From Octopus sinensis (lineage: Eukaryota): DNA of 64,000 nucleotides. The notes under the pieces were generated by a model. It made no database searches and was not told the DNA's origin. It was given only the letters and a program-made list of their open reading frames with translations. The stretch lies in assembly GCF_006345805.1 (NCBI RefSeq), contig NC_043016.1:310001-374000 (forward strand). The letters are read 5' to 3'. This document shows positions 13,303-26,687 of this stretch, in pieces. The translations under genes and the position numbers were made by a program. Position 1 is the first letter of the stretch; the number at the start of each line of letters is the position of its first letter.

Positions 13303-13800
13303 GTTTGGTGATTTCTCTACCTTCACAGGTGATTGCCATCTCTCTCTGAGCTTCCTCATAGTCAGTGGTATTTCTGATTTTCTGTCTGTGTCTTTTCTGA
13401 TGACTGTTCAGTCTCTTGGTAGAGCTATATGGTTTAAAGTATAGGCGCTAGATGAAGAGAGGAAAGTTGTAACTTCCACTAGACTGATTGGGTCACTTTG
13501 TAGAATATGATCTCTTTGAACTGCCATAGATCTTTTCACACTTGAAAATGACATGCAAGCTTTTTTCACACACACTAAAACTCTAGATCATCCAGTCTAG
13601 GAGGAAAGATGTTGCATGCAGCTGATCTTTCATGGGACTTCAGATAATTGAAATACCCAACCTTATAAAGGACTATATGGTCACACATTTCACACTTCCA
13701 ACACTATATTTTCATTGAGGTTCTGATGACAGCCCCTCTGAAGCAAGCTCTTAATACTTCCATGTTCAAGGAAACCCTTTTCAAACTTCTATAGCCTTTC
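13300..13800 (-). mobile_element. Degraded LINE 3' end with C2H2-like motifs (RTE-like)
   Basis: CEMCDHIVLYKVGYFNYLKSHER and LNSHQKRH in broken frames with many stops. Confidence 0.5.
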
Positions 13801-15980
13801 CCTTATACATCTGTCTGTCTGTCTGAATATGTCTATCTATCTGAAAATCTATCTGTTAATACCACATAGCCATATATATATATATATATATACACATACA
13901 TACATACATACATGATGGCTGCCCCATGACTTTTTAGCCCAGCTAAAGATCTACAATGTCTTGTGCAAAATTGGCAGCTAAAACCTTTACCGGTAATAGC
14001 CGGCTGTAGTTGTAATTGGGCTTCATGTACCTTTGCATGTCGTTTAAGTTCTCCTGCCGAATTACACTCTCTTCCACATACCTTACAGATATAATGATCC
14101 AGTTATATATATATATCTGGAATATAATCTTTCTGAGGTAGTCACCTGTCTCCTCTACTGCTAGACACCTATTTCCGTCCCTTTGTTCCTATACTTACCT
14201 CCCATCATCTTGTACAAAGCAACCTCCTTCAGTACTACTTTTGTCTTCGTTGAAGGGTCTTGTCTTGCAAGTTACTTGGTTACCTCTCCAGTGCTGGTGC
14301 CACATAAAAAGAACCCAGTCCATTCTGTGAAGTGGTTGGTGTTAGAAAGGGTATCCAACCATAGAAACCATGCCAAAACAGACAGTAGGAACTTAGCACA
14401 GTCTTCTGACTTGCCATCTTTTGTCAAACCATCGAATCCATGCCAGAACAGAAGGAGAATGTAAAATGATAATGATGATGATGATCATCATAATAATCCA
14501 ATTATATGCTTATATATCTAATATAATCTTTCTAACTGATTAGGCCTTGTTTCTACTCCTACTCCTTGCCATCCTCGTCCTCTCCCCCTCTTCTGATGTT
14601 GATGATGATGATGATGAGGATAGTGATGATGAAGAGCCTAGATTTTCTCTTTATTTATTCTCAAATAGCATGTTATTTTTATTGCTGGATATTGCTAGCA
14701 CTCTTTATCCAAAATGCCATGGTCTGCCCCCTAGGACAGTCTAGGCCTATATAGTGAAGCAGAAGAACACAAGAAAATTTATTGCAAACAGCAATACAAA
14801 TAATTAGTTCTGTCAAAGAATAAGAGAGATGCCTAAGTGCAGATATGGCTGTGTGGTTATAAGTTTTCTTCCCGACTGCACGGTTCTGGGTTCAGTCCCA
14901 CTGAATGACACTTTGGCCAAGTGTCTTCTGCAGTAGCCCTAGGCTGACCAAAACTTTGTGGGTGAATTTGGGAAATGGAAACTGAAAGAAGCATTTTGTG
15001 TATATGTTTTTTGTATTTGTCTCCCATCACTGCTTGATAACCAGTGTTGTTTTGTTTATGTCTCCATAACTTAGTGATTCAACAAAAGAGACTGATAAAA
15101 TAAATACTAGACTCGGGTCAATTTGTTCAACCGAACATTGTAATTCCAGGTACCAAATTCCAAACAAGGCTGAGGAAATGTTCTCTTAGTTCTACATTAC
15201 AAGATATTTGGCCACAGTACTATGTAATATAATATAACCTACCGAAATCACAAACTTCCAAAGTTAACTTCTTTTAAAACAGTTATACTCATGCCTATTT
15301 ATTTCTTCTTTGTTTTTAATACCAAAATTGTTAGAACAGCCAGTATTAAAATGTTCACTTTTAAATTAAAATCTCCATCAAGATCCATTAGAATAAGATT
15401 CATTATCATATCATTCCAGATGATCAGCACCAGCCATAACGAATACCAATAATATAAATTACAGATATTTTACTGAATGCTTTCACAATTTCCTGATCAT
15501 ATTGAAAATTAATTAAAGCACATGGGCTGTCTAATTGTTTAGAACTGTAACCATGAAGGAGTTGGGTTATATTTAAACTCATTTGCCATAATGGGAGTCA
15601 CCATGGCTATTCTACCAAAACTTTTATCTCTCTCTCTCTCTTTTTCTCTTTCCTTCTTTCTCTGTGTGCGTGTGTTTGTGTGTGCACATGCATTCACACA
15701 AACACGCACACACATTTATATATATATAATAATTATTTGAGGGAATATTATTCTTAACTTACAGGGAAAAAAATTCAATTTAGAAATACTAAATCAAATT
15801 TCACACAATAAAGTATATATATATATAAAAAAATTAGAAAGAACCACCTTTTATCAATTCAAAATGAACAATTAAATTACACCATCTAGAAAATTACATA
15901 TTAGAAATATTAAAATTAAAATAACAATAATATACCGATGATTAAGTAAATTGCAAAATAATTATGAAAACGTATATAAT

Positions 15981-16014
<34 letters not shown>

Positions 16015-16741
16015 TATATATATATATGTATATATATACATACATACATACATACATACATGCATGCATTTGAGTGTATCCTCTACCACATCTTTTCTAT
16101 TTATGTGTATGTCACTCTCCCCTCCATCCCCTATATCTTCCCCTCTATCTCCCCCAACCTTTCCCTCTCTCTCCCTACTGAGGTAGCCATGTATCTTCCC
16201 TACAGCAAAATATTTCTGTCTCTCTATTCATCACTTAACATGAAATCACTTCCCCTTAGTTGAGAGAGAGTCTTGCCTTGCAAGTCAGTTGGTGACCTCA
16301 CTGTTGCTGGTGCCACATATGATAGAAAAGCACCCAGTAACACTCTGCAAAGTGGTTGGCATTAGGAAGGACATCCAGCTGTAGAAACCATGCCAAAGCA
16401 GAGATTGGAGCTTAGTACAATCCTCTAGCTTGCCAGATCCTGTCAAAACATCCAATCAATGCCAGCATGGAAAATGGATGTTAAATCACGACGACGACGA
16501 TGATGATGATGATATATAAAACACTTATACATAAACCCCATGTGATTTTGTCTACAAAGGTAAAATTGAAATCTGTCTCAGTAAATATTTATTATGGTTT
16601 GTAGTGGTTCCAGTTACTGTTGGCGTCCCTGAATCCAAAACATTTTTGTTTTCTTTTTCTGTTTTTAGCTTGTATGCTATCATATCAGTTATATCATATT
16701 CCATGCCGACGTGCACCAAATTTTGGTTTTTATTTGCAACC

Positions 16742-16794
<53 letters not shown>

Positions 16795-17017
16795 CTCTCT
16801 CACTAATTTTCAATTTGAGCTCTTCTTAACACCTAAGTCTCTATTTTTACTTTTATCTCTTTTTTCCACACACCATCCTCCAGTGATGTTCCCTGAAGTC
16901 ATTAGGTGTTTTGGATCTTTTGACATGAGACACTCTTCCACAAGCAACCCAGTCAAGGTTGATGAAACCAAATAATGGGCAAGACAAAGCCCTAAACTGA
17001 GATAAGAATAATATTGA

Positions 17018-17247
17018 AGGCGGCGAGCTGGCAGAATCGTTAGCACGCCGGGCGAAATGCTTAGCGGTATTTTGTCTGTAGTTACGTTCTGAGTTCAAAT
17101 TCTGCCGAGGTTGACTTTGCCTTTCATCCTTTCAGGGTTGATAAATTAAGTACCAGTTACGCACTGGGGTCAATGTAATCAACTTAATCCCTTTGTCTGT
17201 CCTTGTTTGTCCCCTCTATGTTTAGTTCCTTGTGGACAATAAAGAAG
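17018..17247 (+). mobile_element. SINE family A
   Basis: Full length; 15-bp TSD taagaataatattga. Confidence 0.9.
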
Positions 17248-17905
17248 TAAGAATAATATTGAGGGAGGTGGCCCTATGCCAGTTGAAGAGAGGTTAAAAT
17301 ATAACAAAGGAATGAAGATAAGTGTCTTGTAGTATAGGAGATGCCTGGCTACCCCAGTTGGAAAGATTATATTACATATATTTGGTGTCTCCAGTTAGCA
17401 CTACCCCTGGTGGCACTGCTCCTTCCATGGCTCCCACCTCCTGATCCATAGCCACCTTGAAGCAGCCCCTGTTGCCTCTGTAGCCAATCTGATGGCATTC
17501 TACCTACTGGCCCCATGGAGGCCAAGTATGCTGTAGAGAGACTGACCCACAAACCCTCTACATCCCACTTCGATAAGATCATACCTTGCTTGCCAGCCAT
17601 TTCTTTGGCATAATTCCACCTGGTTATATTTAAATCCCTACAGATTTCTTGGCCAATATAGAAATTGGGTTATCTCTTATATTCACATAACAAATTCCAA
17701 CTCAAGATTAAGAATTTGCATTTGCAATCTACATGTTGATAATCTGAAGTAAGACACATGCATAAATCCAGCCTAACTTCTTAAGATTCTCATCATTATG
17801 TAAAAGAGAAGCTTGGACAAGTTTTTAAAACTTTTATATTTAAATCTAGCTATCAACTGTAATTTTTGTTCATGATATTTTTCCTTTTTTAAAAATCAAG
17901 AACAT

Positions 17906-18235
17906 ATCATCATCATCATCATCATCATTTAATGTCCGTTTTTCATGCTAGCACGGGTTGGACGGTTCAACTGGGGTCTTGGAAGCCAGGAGGCTGCACC
18001 AGGCTCCAGCCTGATCTGGCAGTGTTTCTACAGCTGGATGCCCTTCCTAATGCCAACCACTCTGTGAGTGTAGTGGGTGCTTTTTATGTGCCACCGGCAC
18101 AGGTGCCAGGGGAGGCTGGCAGTGGCCACGATCAGATGGTGCTTTTTACGTGCCACCAGCACATGTATCACAACTACAACTTCCATTTGATATTTATTTT
18201 GATGTTGATGTACTTGGCTCAATAGGTTGTACTTG
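17906..18235 (-). mobile_element. Family C retroposon
   Basis: Near-complete short form; similar to 46681-47005. Confidence 0.85.
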
Positions 18236-19923
18236 ACTCAATAAATTATATCCAAAACCTCCTCCAGGTCTCTCCGACAAAAGCTTTGATAAGTAAAGTT
18301 CCTTCTTCTCTGTTCTGTGACTTGATCCTTACAGAACTGGGCTTTTGGCTCTTAAAAAGCAGCAAAGGTTTTTATGAATGTTTGTGCTAAATGGGAAAAA
18401 AATTTAATATCTTTTTCTTAAGAGTTTTTTTATGTTTATTTTCATTTTAAATAAATACAAAACTATAATAATTGTTAGTCTCTTGCACAATAAGATTTGC
18501 TACCTCATTATTGAAAAATTCTGTAAAATATTCACTTTCCTTTACATTTGGGGTAGTAAAAATTCATTTGAGATTCCCACACTGTTGTTGTCAAAGGAAT
18601 GTAAAAAATCGAGAAAAATCGATGCCCTTTTCTCATCTAGAGCTAGTTGCAGCATCATTTTCTTCTGTGCAATCAACAGTATATACATCATCACCATCAT
18701 CATCATCAACAACATAATCATCAACAGTTAGCACCTGTTTTCCATGCCAGCATGGGTTAGATGGTTTGACCGAGACTGGTAAGTCAAAGAGCTGCACCAG
18801 ACTCCAGTCTGTTTTGGCTTAGTTTCTAGGACTGGATGCCCTTCCAAATGCCAGCCACTCCACAGAGTGTACCAGGTGCCTGTAGTGTGTCACTGGCAAA
18901 CAAGTTCACATTTACCTGCAATTACATTATTTTGTGAAGAAGCAAAGCTTCAACTTGGACCAAGGCCTTGACATGAAAGTGTTTACTACTATAGCCCCAG
19001 GCCAACCAAAGCCTTGTGAGTGGATCTGGTAGACAAAAACTGAAAGACGTCTGTTGTATATATCATCATCATCATTTAACGTCTGTTGTCCATTCTGGCC
19101 TGGGTTGGATGGTTTGATTGGGCTGGCATGCTGTAAGGCTGCACCAGGCTCCAGTCTGATTTGGCATGGTTTTCTACAGCTGGATGCCCTTCAAAATGCC
19201 AACCACTCCAAAAATGTAATGGGTGCTTTTATGTGCCACTGACACAGGTTCTTTACACAGCTGTCCTTGTCCATATATATATATATATATATATGTATGT
19301 TTGTGTGTATGTCTTTGTGTCTGTGTTTGCCCCCCCCCCATCACTTGACAACCCTTGTTAGTGTGTTTACATTCCCATAACGTTCAGCAAAAGAGACTGA
19401 TAGAATAAGTAGTAGGCTTACAAAGAATAAGTCCTGGGGTCAATTTTTTTGATTGAAAGCCCTTCAAGTTGGTGCCACAGCATGGCCGCAGTCAAATGAC
19501 CGAAACAAGCAAAGGAATAAAAGAATGTGACAATGCTTCATGAAAACTAAACTATTCTAATATTTTGTTGTTGTTCATAAGTAACTTAACCCCGCTGTGA
19601 CTCCATACGATTTTCAAAAATCCTTCAGCATTTACAGAGAAGCTTAAAACTGTCTTTATACACAGATGATTTATCTATTCTCATTCTGTTGATGTATTTT
19701 CCATGTTACTAAATTCATTCCTGTATGTGTATGTCTTTGAGAAAAGACAGAGACACTGAGGGAGAGAGGAGAGAAACAACTGTTCTTAGAAGGAGGCAGT
19801 AGAATGTCGTACGAAAAACGGTACGAGTCTCTCTGGAATATACCCATGTTTGCATTCCGGGGTGTTTATTTATTGATTGGTTTAATTTACGTTCGTCGTA
19901 TTTGTTATGATAAACATAACTTC

Positions 19924-19964
<41 letters not shown>

Positions 19965-21084
19965 TGTTGTCATCATCATCGTCATCATTTAACGTCCATT
20001 GTCCATGCTGACATTGCTTAGGCAGCTTTTACAGGAGGTAGTAACTTATAAGACTATGCCAAGTTCTACTAGCTGTTTTGCTGTGGTTTCTATTGACGGA
20101 TACCTCTCATAACACCAACCATTTTACAGAGAGTGCTTTTATATACATGGCACCAACACCAGTGAGGTTACTGGGTAACCTGCAAGACAGAAGAACATGG
20201 AAAGAGAAAGGAAAAAAAAAAACTCCCAATACTACTAAATGGGAAGTATTTGAGAGAGGGAGGTGGTTTTATATCAGATGAAAAATTGTCTATCATATTT
20301 TCATTTATGATCAATTTATACATTTTGTTTTACAATTTCTTTTCTTTTCAATTTTTCATTTTTAAAATTGTTTATGGTAATAACAACAATAATAAGAATT
20401 ACAATAACAAAAACAATAATTCTTTCTACTATAGGCATAAGGTCTGACATTTTTTTGGGAAGGCGCTATTTGATTATATTTACCATTATGCTTGATTGCT
20501 TCTTATTTTATTGAGTCTGAAATGATGAAAAGCAAAGTAGACCTCAGCAGAATTTGTACTCAGAACTAACTCTGTCTCTGTCTCTCTTATTATTGGTAAA
20601 ACTCTCAAAGACACATTCTGACTGTCTATTTGTTCAATTAATCTTTACCGTTTTTGTATTGACAATGTTCATAGGAAGAAAAAAATCGTTATTTGCACTA
20701 TGTACACTGAGATCGGAATCAATTATTTGCATGTTTATTTCTAAAGATGTCCAGGCAGATTTGGACACAAAATATGTTGGTCACAGCAGTGTGTATCATA
20801 GGAGAATAACTCCCTTTTATGACATTAATATTCAAAGTGAAATTGGTGATATCACAGTTACTTATGGATAGCATTGTGAACAGAAACTATGTCCACCTGC
20901 CATTACTGTAATTACTCTGAGTATTCCTCTTAGCTATGTCTATTAGTTACCCTAAGGATTGCTGTCAACTATGAAATCCCCCACCACCGGTTACTACAGT
21001 TACTTATAAAAACAGTTATGGCCAGTTATCTACTCCCTGTATTCTTTACAACTATATTTATCATTACTCCAACTATACTGGTAC

Positions 21085-21318
21085 TATGGCGGCAAGCTGG
21101 CAGAAACATTAGCACGCCGGGCGAAATGCTTTGCAGTATTTCGTCTGTTGTTACGTTGTGAGCTCAAATTCTGACGAGGTCGACTTTGCCTTTCATCCTT
21201 TCGGGGTCGATAGATAAAGTACCAGTTTCACACTGGGGTTGATGTAATCGACTTAATCCCTTTGTCTGTCCTTGTTTGTCCCCTCTGTGTTCAGCCCCTT
21301 GTGGGCAGTAAAGAAATA
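21085..21318 (+). mobile_element. SINE family A
   Basis: Full length; 11-bp TSD tatactggtac. Confidence 0.9.
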
Positions 21319-21984
21319 TATACTGGTACCATGACTGTGAAGCAGTTCCTACATGATTGCCGTGATCCAAATAAAAGCATTCTAAGATATAGCTCCTCAG
21401 CTCTAGTGAAAGCTACCTGACTAGGAGAACTGTAACTTTAAATGGAATTTTACTTGGGGAAGATATGGAATCAACTAGTTACATTGGAATCAATCTATCT
21501 AGGGGACTAGTAACTATAATAAAAAAAAAAAAAAAGCTATACAGAGAAGATATTGTTTCCAAAAGCTGCAACAATGGTAACACATCTATGATAGCTGTAA
21601 CTGCATAGAGGGGTCACATTAGTACTAAAGGATAATGTCTAGTGTTTGTAGTTCAAAAAGAAAAGAAAAATAAAGCATCCAGTCCATAGTGTCAAGTTGT
21701 TGATGACAGGAAAGGCATCCAGCTGTAGAAACCTTCTAAAAATTTACAAGTTTTAATGCAATAAAAACCCTAATTGAATATACAGGACTGACAATGATTG
21801 AGTTAGTGCTGTGCATGATTGTGGGTTGGTCATTTGGGAAACCTCTGATCCTATGTGAGAACCCCCTTGACTATCATCAAACGATGGTACCAATTCTCTT
21901 CCTTGCAGGTGCAGGAAACAGACATCAAATAACCTAGCCACCAACAGAAGCCCCACCTCTTCCTGTCAGGTACAAAACTTCAAG

Positions 21985-22200
21985 AGTGCCACCATCATTG
22001 CTGGCAAGATGAAAAGGTAGGTCTGGAAAAATTGCAGAGATGCTAGAATGGAGGAGAGTAGTTGTGTGCTGTGAACAAGGGATAAGATAGAGGAGAGCCT
22101 CTGCCAGATTTCTCAGGGATACAGACACAAAGTGACCGATAGCACTGGAGTGAATAGGGGAGGGATATTGTTCCAAGAAAATAGATTAGGTAATTGATGG
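21985..22200 (+). mobile_element. Degraded LINE AP-endonuclease fragment
   Basis: IAEMLEWRRVVVCC..IR.RRASARFL resembles the N-terminus of the LINE endonuclease domain. Confidence 0.6.
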
Positions 22201-22559
22201 AATTAAAGCATGTGACAAAATATTTAAGCTAAGACTAGTGAGATGCAACAGGGCAGCTAAAGTGGAGTTTGTATATGAACCTGAAATAGGACTGAGCTGT
22301 GAAGAAAAGGATTGTTTCTATGGGATCCTGGTGATAATGAATGATAGTAACCTCATTATCATACCTGCAACTTTATTGTACATCTTGGGCCAAACCATGG
22401 TAGCTATGTTATAGGGAGTAAAATAGGATAAATGTTGTTGAGATTCTGTAATGTAAATTACCTAAGCAATTTCAGGTACTAACAACCTGCTCAAAGTCTG
22501 GTTATTTAAAAAAAAATTTTTTTTTTTATACTGAAATTCCAAGTTATAGGTTCATAAAC

Positions 22560-23375
22560 AATCCCATGCTGGGTGTCAAGCCATGGTAGGGTACAAATAC
22601 AAATGCATCATTGTGAAGGCCTTTCTGCTCTCTTTGATACTATTTGGCAACCACACAGATCTGCGTACCTTCTGTGAACCTTGTGACATGTCCAACCCAA
22701 CAGAACTTTGGTTTGTGGTATTCTGCAATCACAACCATGTAGATGGTGAGCTAGCAGAATCGTTAGCACTCTGGGCGAAATGCGTAGCCGTATTTCGTCT
22801 GCTGTTACATTCTGAGTTCAAATTCCGCCGTGGTCGACTTTGCCTTTCATCCTTTCGGGGTCGATTAATTAAGTACCAGTTACGCACTGGGGTCAATATC
22901 ATCGACTTAATCCATTTGTCTGTCCTTGTTTGTCCTCTCTGTGTTTAGCCCCTTGTGGGTAGTAAAGAAATAGGTATTCTGCAATCTTAACATTCATCAC
23001 TATGTTCTTGAATGATCTCACTTTGAATATTCTCTCAGAATGATGTTCCTAGCATGGATCTTTCCATCGTCCTTTGCATTGTAGCCAATTCATGTTCTCT
23101 CTTTGTAGTGGCTCACATCTCAATTGCATATAAGAACACAGGTAGGACGGTTCTATTGAAGATTGTGATATGTATGGTCTTGTCCAGCTTTGCTTTGAGC
23201 ACACCCTTTAATGAGGTAAACGCCTTCCATCCTGCCCTTATTCTCTTTGAAATTCCAAGATCCATGTGTCTCCTAAGTAGACATATTCCTTTACCTCCTC
23301 AATTTCACCATTTCCATTCAGCCTTGTGTTCTGTCTTCAGATGGCATGTTTTTCCGATTGAATCTTCTGTACTAT
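22560..23375 (-). mobile_element. Degraded RTE-type LINE reverse-transcriptase C-terminal region, interrupted by a family-A SINE
   Basis: EIEEVKEYVYLG, then GWKAFTSLKGVLKAKLDKTIHITIFNRTVLPVFLYAIEMWATTKREHELATMQRTMERSMLG across frameshifts. Confidence 0.8.
22731..22972 (+). mobile_element. SINE family A inserted in an RTE LINE remnant
   Basis: 14-bp TSD ggtattctgcaatc; ~14 extra nt precede the head. Confidence 0.9.
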
Positions 23376-24354
23376 CCACATCATCATCATCATCATCATT
23401 AAAATATATGCAGGGGTCAATTCATTTGACTAAAAATTTTTCAAGGGGGTGCCCCAGCATGGTCACAGTCTAATGACTGAAACAAGTAAAAGGAAAAAGA
23501 TTTAAAAAATACGAACATATATGCATACACATTTTATATATATACATATGTACATATGTCTACATATACATATATGTACACACATACAAATATGAAGAAG
23601 AGAAAGAAGAAAAACAAGAAATAAATAAAAAGAAAACGAGAGATAGAGAGGTTATGTCTGTGTTTTGTGCTGGGGTTCAGTAGGCCACTAATAATGCTAA
23701 GTAGAATTAGCAGATAATATATCTAAGCTTCTTTATAATACAGGCTGAACTGTTGTAATAGCATTTTTTTTTTATTTTTAGTTCTGTTATGTTTATATTT
23801 TTTACATATGTTTGCTGAAGGAAATTTTTCTTTTCTCACCATTTATCTATTTATTGAGTGACAGCAATCAGTAAATTGCAAAAACTTAAGCTACCACCAC
23901 CACCACCATTATCATCATCATGTATTAATGTCCATTTTCCATGCTGGCATGGGTTGGACAATTTTGACAGGAGCTGGCAAGTCAGAAGATGGCACCAAGC
24001 TCTAACTGTCTGCTTGCTTTGGCATTGTTTTTACAGCTGAATGTCTTTCCTAATGCCAACCATTTTACGGAGTGTACTGGGTGCTTTTTTTTTTTACATG
24101 GCACCAGCAACCAGCTGGGTTATCAAGAAACTTGCAAGACAAAACTTCCTTAACTAGTATGGAAACTAGTTATCAGGGATGTGATATTGTGTCAGGGGAT
24201 GAGTGGTTTAAATGTATGATAGAGGAATAGAGATAGGTGTCTTGCTGTAGAGGAGATACATGGCTTTCTCAGTTGGAAAAAAGAGAAAAAGAGAAGGAGA
24301 TGGGGGAGAGAGGTATGGTGGTAGATATATATCAACAGATGCTGTGGTGGCATA

Positions 24355-24550
24355 CAACACCATTGTACAAAATCTACCAATGTTCACTAGGGACCCAAAA
24401 ATGAACTACATTCTTAAATGCATAAATTCATCAAATGTAAAAAAGCAACCCAAATCACTGAAAAGACTACTGACAAATGCAAAGCTATACACAACAACCA
24501 TGAAACCAATGGTTAAAAAATCTGGACACGATTAGCAAAAGTGAAACCGG
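24355..24550 (+). mobile_element. Penelope-like element remnant (RT to GIY-YIG linker)
   Basis: MFTRDPKMNYILK...KKQPKSLKRLLTNAKLYTTTMKPMVKKSG resembles the PLE K-x-QPxxLKxxL linker. Confidence 0.55.
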
Positions 24551-24904
24551 TCGACAACCACAATACTCTTTCATTTAAAATATATTAAAACTATGTAAAC
24601 TGTGTGCATTTTCCTTCTTTTATTATATATATATTGCATTACAACTCACCACATGGGAATAATCAAAATTCTCTTCCTCACATTTTTTTTACTATATATA
24701 TGTCTATATATGTATGTATATGCGTTTGTATATGCATAGATTTGTACTATATGTGTGTATGACTATGTGTGCATACATAGACAATGAATAAAAGGCTTGT
24801 TTAACAAATCATGAGGTCCTCAGAGTCAAATAACTCCACAGAGTAGAAATGGAAATTGTAAATATCAAAATACTTTTGAGGAGGAGTGATGAGTGAGTTA
24901 CATT

Positions 24905-24944
24905 AATAATAATAATAATAGTAATAATAATAATAATAATAATA

Positions 24945-24989
<45 letters not shown>

Positions 24990-25269
24990 GTAATAATAAT
25001 AATAATAATATAATAATTAATAATAATAATAATAATAAGTAATAATAATAATAATAATAATAGTAATAATAATAATAATAATAGCAATAATAATAATAAT
25101 AATAATAATAATAGTAATAATAATAATAATATAGTAGTATAATAATAATAATAATAATAATAGTAATAATAATAGTAATAATAATAATAGTAATAATAAT
25201 AATAATAGTAATAATAATAATAATAGTAATAATAATAATATAATAGTAATAATAATAATAATAATAGTA

Positions 25270-25311
<42 letters not shown>

Positions 25312-25638
25312 GTAATAATAATAATAATAATAGTAATAATAATAATAAAATAATAATAATATAATAATAATAATAATATAATAATAATAGTAATAATAGT
25401 AATAAAATAATAATAATAATAATAGTAATAAAAATAATAATATAATAAAAAGTATAAAATAATAATAATAATAATAATAGTAATAATAATAATAATAATA
25501 TAGTAATAATAATAAAATAATAATAATAGTAATATAATAGTAATAATAATAATAGTAATAATAATAATAATAGTAATAACTAATAATAATAATAGTAATA
25601 TAATAATAATATAGTAATACTATAATAATAATAGTAAT

Positions 25639-25670
<32 letters not shown>

Positions 25671-25813
25671 TAATAGTAATAATAATAATAATAATAGTAA
25701 TAATAATAATAATAATAATAATAGTAATAATAAATAATAATAATAATAATAGTAATAATAGTAATAATAATAATAATAATAATAATAGTAATAATAAGAA
25801 TAATAATAATAAA

Positions 25814-25844
<31 letters not shown>

Positions 25845-25867
25845 TAGTAATAATAATAATAATAATA

Positions 25868-25898
<31 letters not shown>

Positions 25899-25907
25899 TC
25901 ATAATAG
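24905..25907. repeat. ~1-kb degenerate (AAT)n microsatellite with interspersed AGT variants
   Basis: Read directly from the sequence. Confidence 0.98.
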
Positions 25908-26342
25908 TTAGAGAAATTAAGGCCAACAGACCAGATATAGTTGTCAGAGATCATGAAGGAAAAAAATGCTTTCTAATTGATGTATCAATACCGGCAGATG
26001 ACAACGTGTCTCTAAAAGAAATGGAGAAACTCTCAAAATACAAGACCTTGAAATAGAGGTAACTAGAATGTGGAATCTGAAAACAGAAAGCAATTCCTAT
26101 CATAGTAGGTGCATTAGGCATGATAAAAAAATATTCAGACAAATACATAACAAAAAACGCAGGACTTACAAACACATATAACATACAGAAAATTGCACTA
26201 CTAGGCACTGCACACATCCTACGCAGAACACTTTCCATACAATAACCATCAGAGCATCACAACAAATCACAGCACATACCCAAGGCACACAGAGCTGTGC
26301 TCGGTAGTGAAGTGAAAGCATGCTATAAAAATAAAACTACTG
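25908..26342 (+). mobile_element. 5'-truncated R4/Dong-like non-LTR retrotransposon (restriction-like endonuclease end plus 3' UTR)
   Basis: REIKANRPDIVVRDHEGKKCFLIDVSIPADDNVSLKEMEKLSKY..LEIEVTRMWNLKTE.IPIIVGALG...LLGTAHILRRTLSIQ* (stop 26243-26245, two frameshifts); (TAA)n on both flanks. Confidence 0.85.
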
Positions 26343-26478
26343 AATAATAATAATAATAATAATAGTAATAATAATAATAATAATAGTAGTAATAATAATA
26401 ATAATAATAATAATTATTATAATAATAATTATGATAATAATAATAATAATTATAATAATTATGATAATGATAATAATT
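26343..26478. repeat. (AAT)n microsatellite 3' of the R4-like element
   Basis: Read directly from the sequence. Confidence 0.95.
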
Positions 26479-26643
26479 CTTTCAACTATGGACACAAGGC
26501 CTGCTATTTGTGGGGAGGAGGATAGTTGATCACATCGACCCCAGTACTTCACTGGTACTTTATTTATTGACCCTGAAAGGATGAAAGGCAAAGTAGATCT
26601 CAGTGGAAATTGAACCCAGAATGTAAAGATGGCTGAAATGCCG

Positions 26644-26687
<44 letters not shown>

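Noticed and set aside
15931-15980. Degenerate hammerhead-like string (ccgatga ... gaaaacgta); also a 3'-half motif cgaaacacgtgtag near 48286
   Set aside because: Stem II or the 5' core cannot be formed convincingly; probably decayed Penelope-like termini.
18240-18400. Open frames on both strands (e.g. QKAQFCKDQVTEQRRRNFTYQSFCRRDLEEVLDIIY)
   Set aside because: No homology I can recognise and no consistent partner exons.
20747-20871. Possible plus-strand exon after tttatttctaaag
   Set aside because: All three frames stop before a good donor; no recognisable product.
24898-25926. 342-aa poly-Ile/Leu/Tyr ORF and overlapping ORFs
   Set aside because: Translation of the (ATT)n strand of a microsatellite, which lacks stops in those frames.
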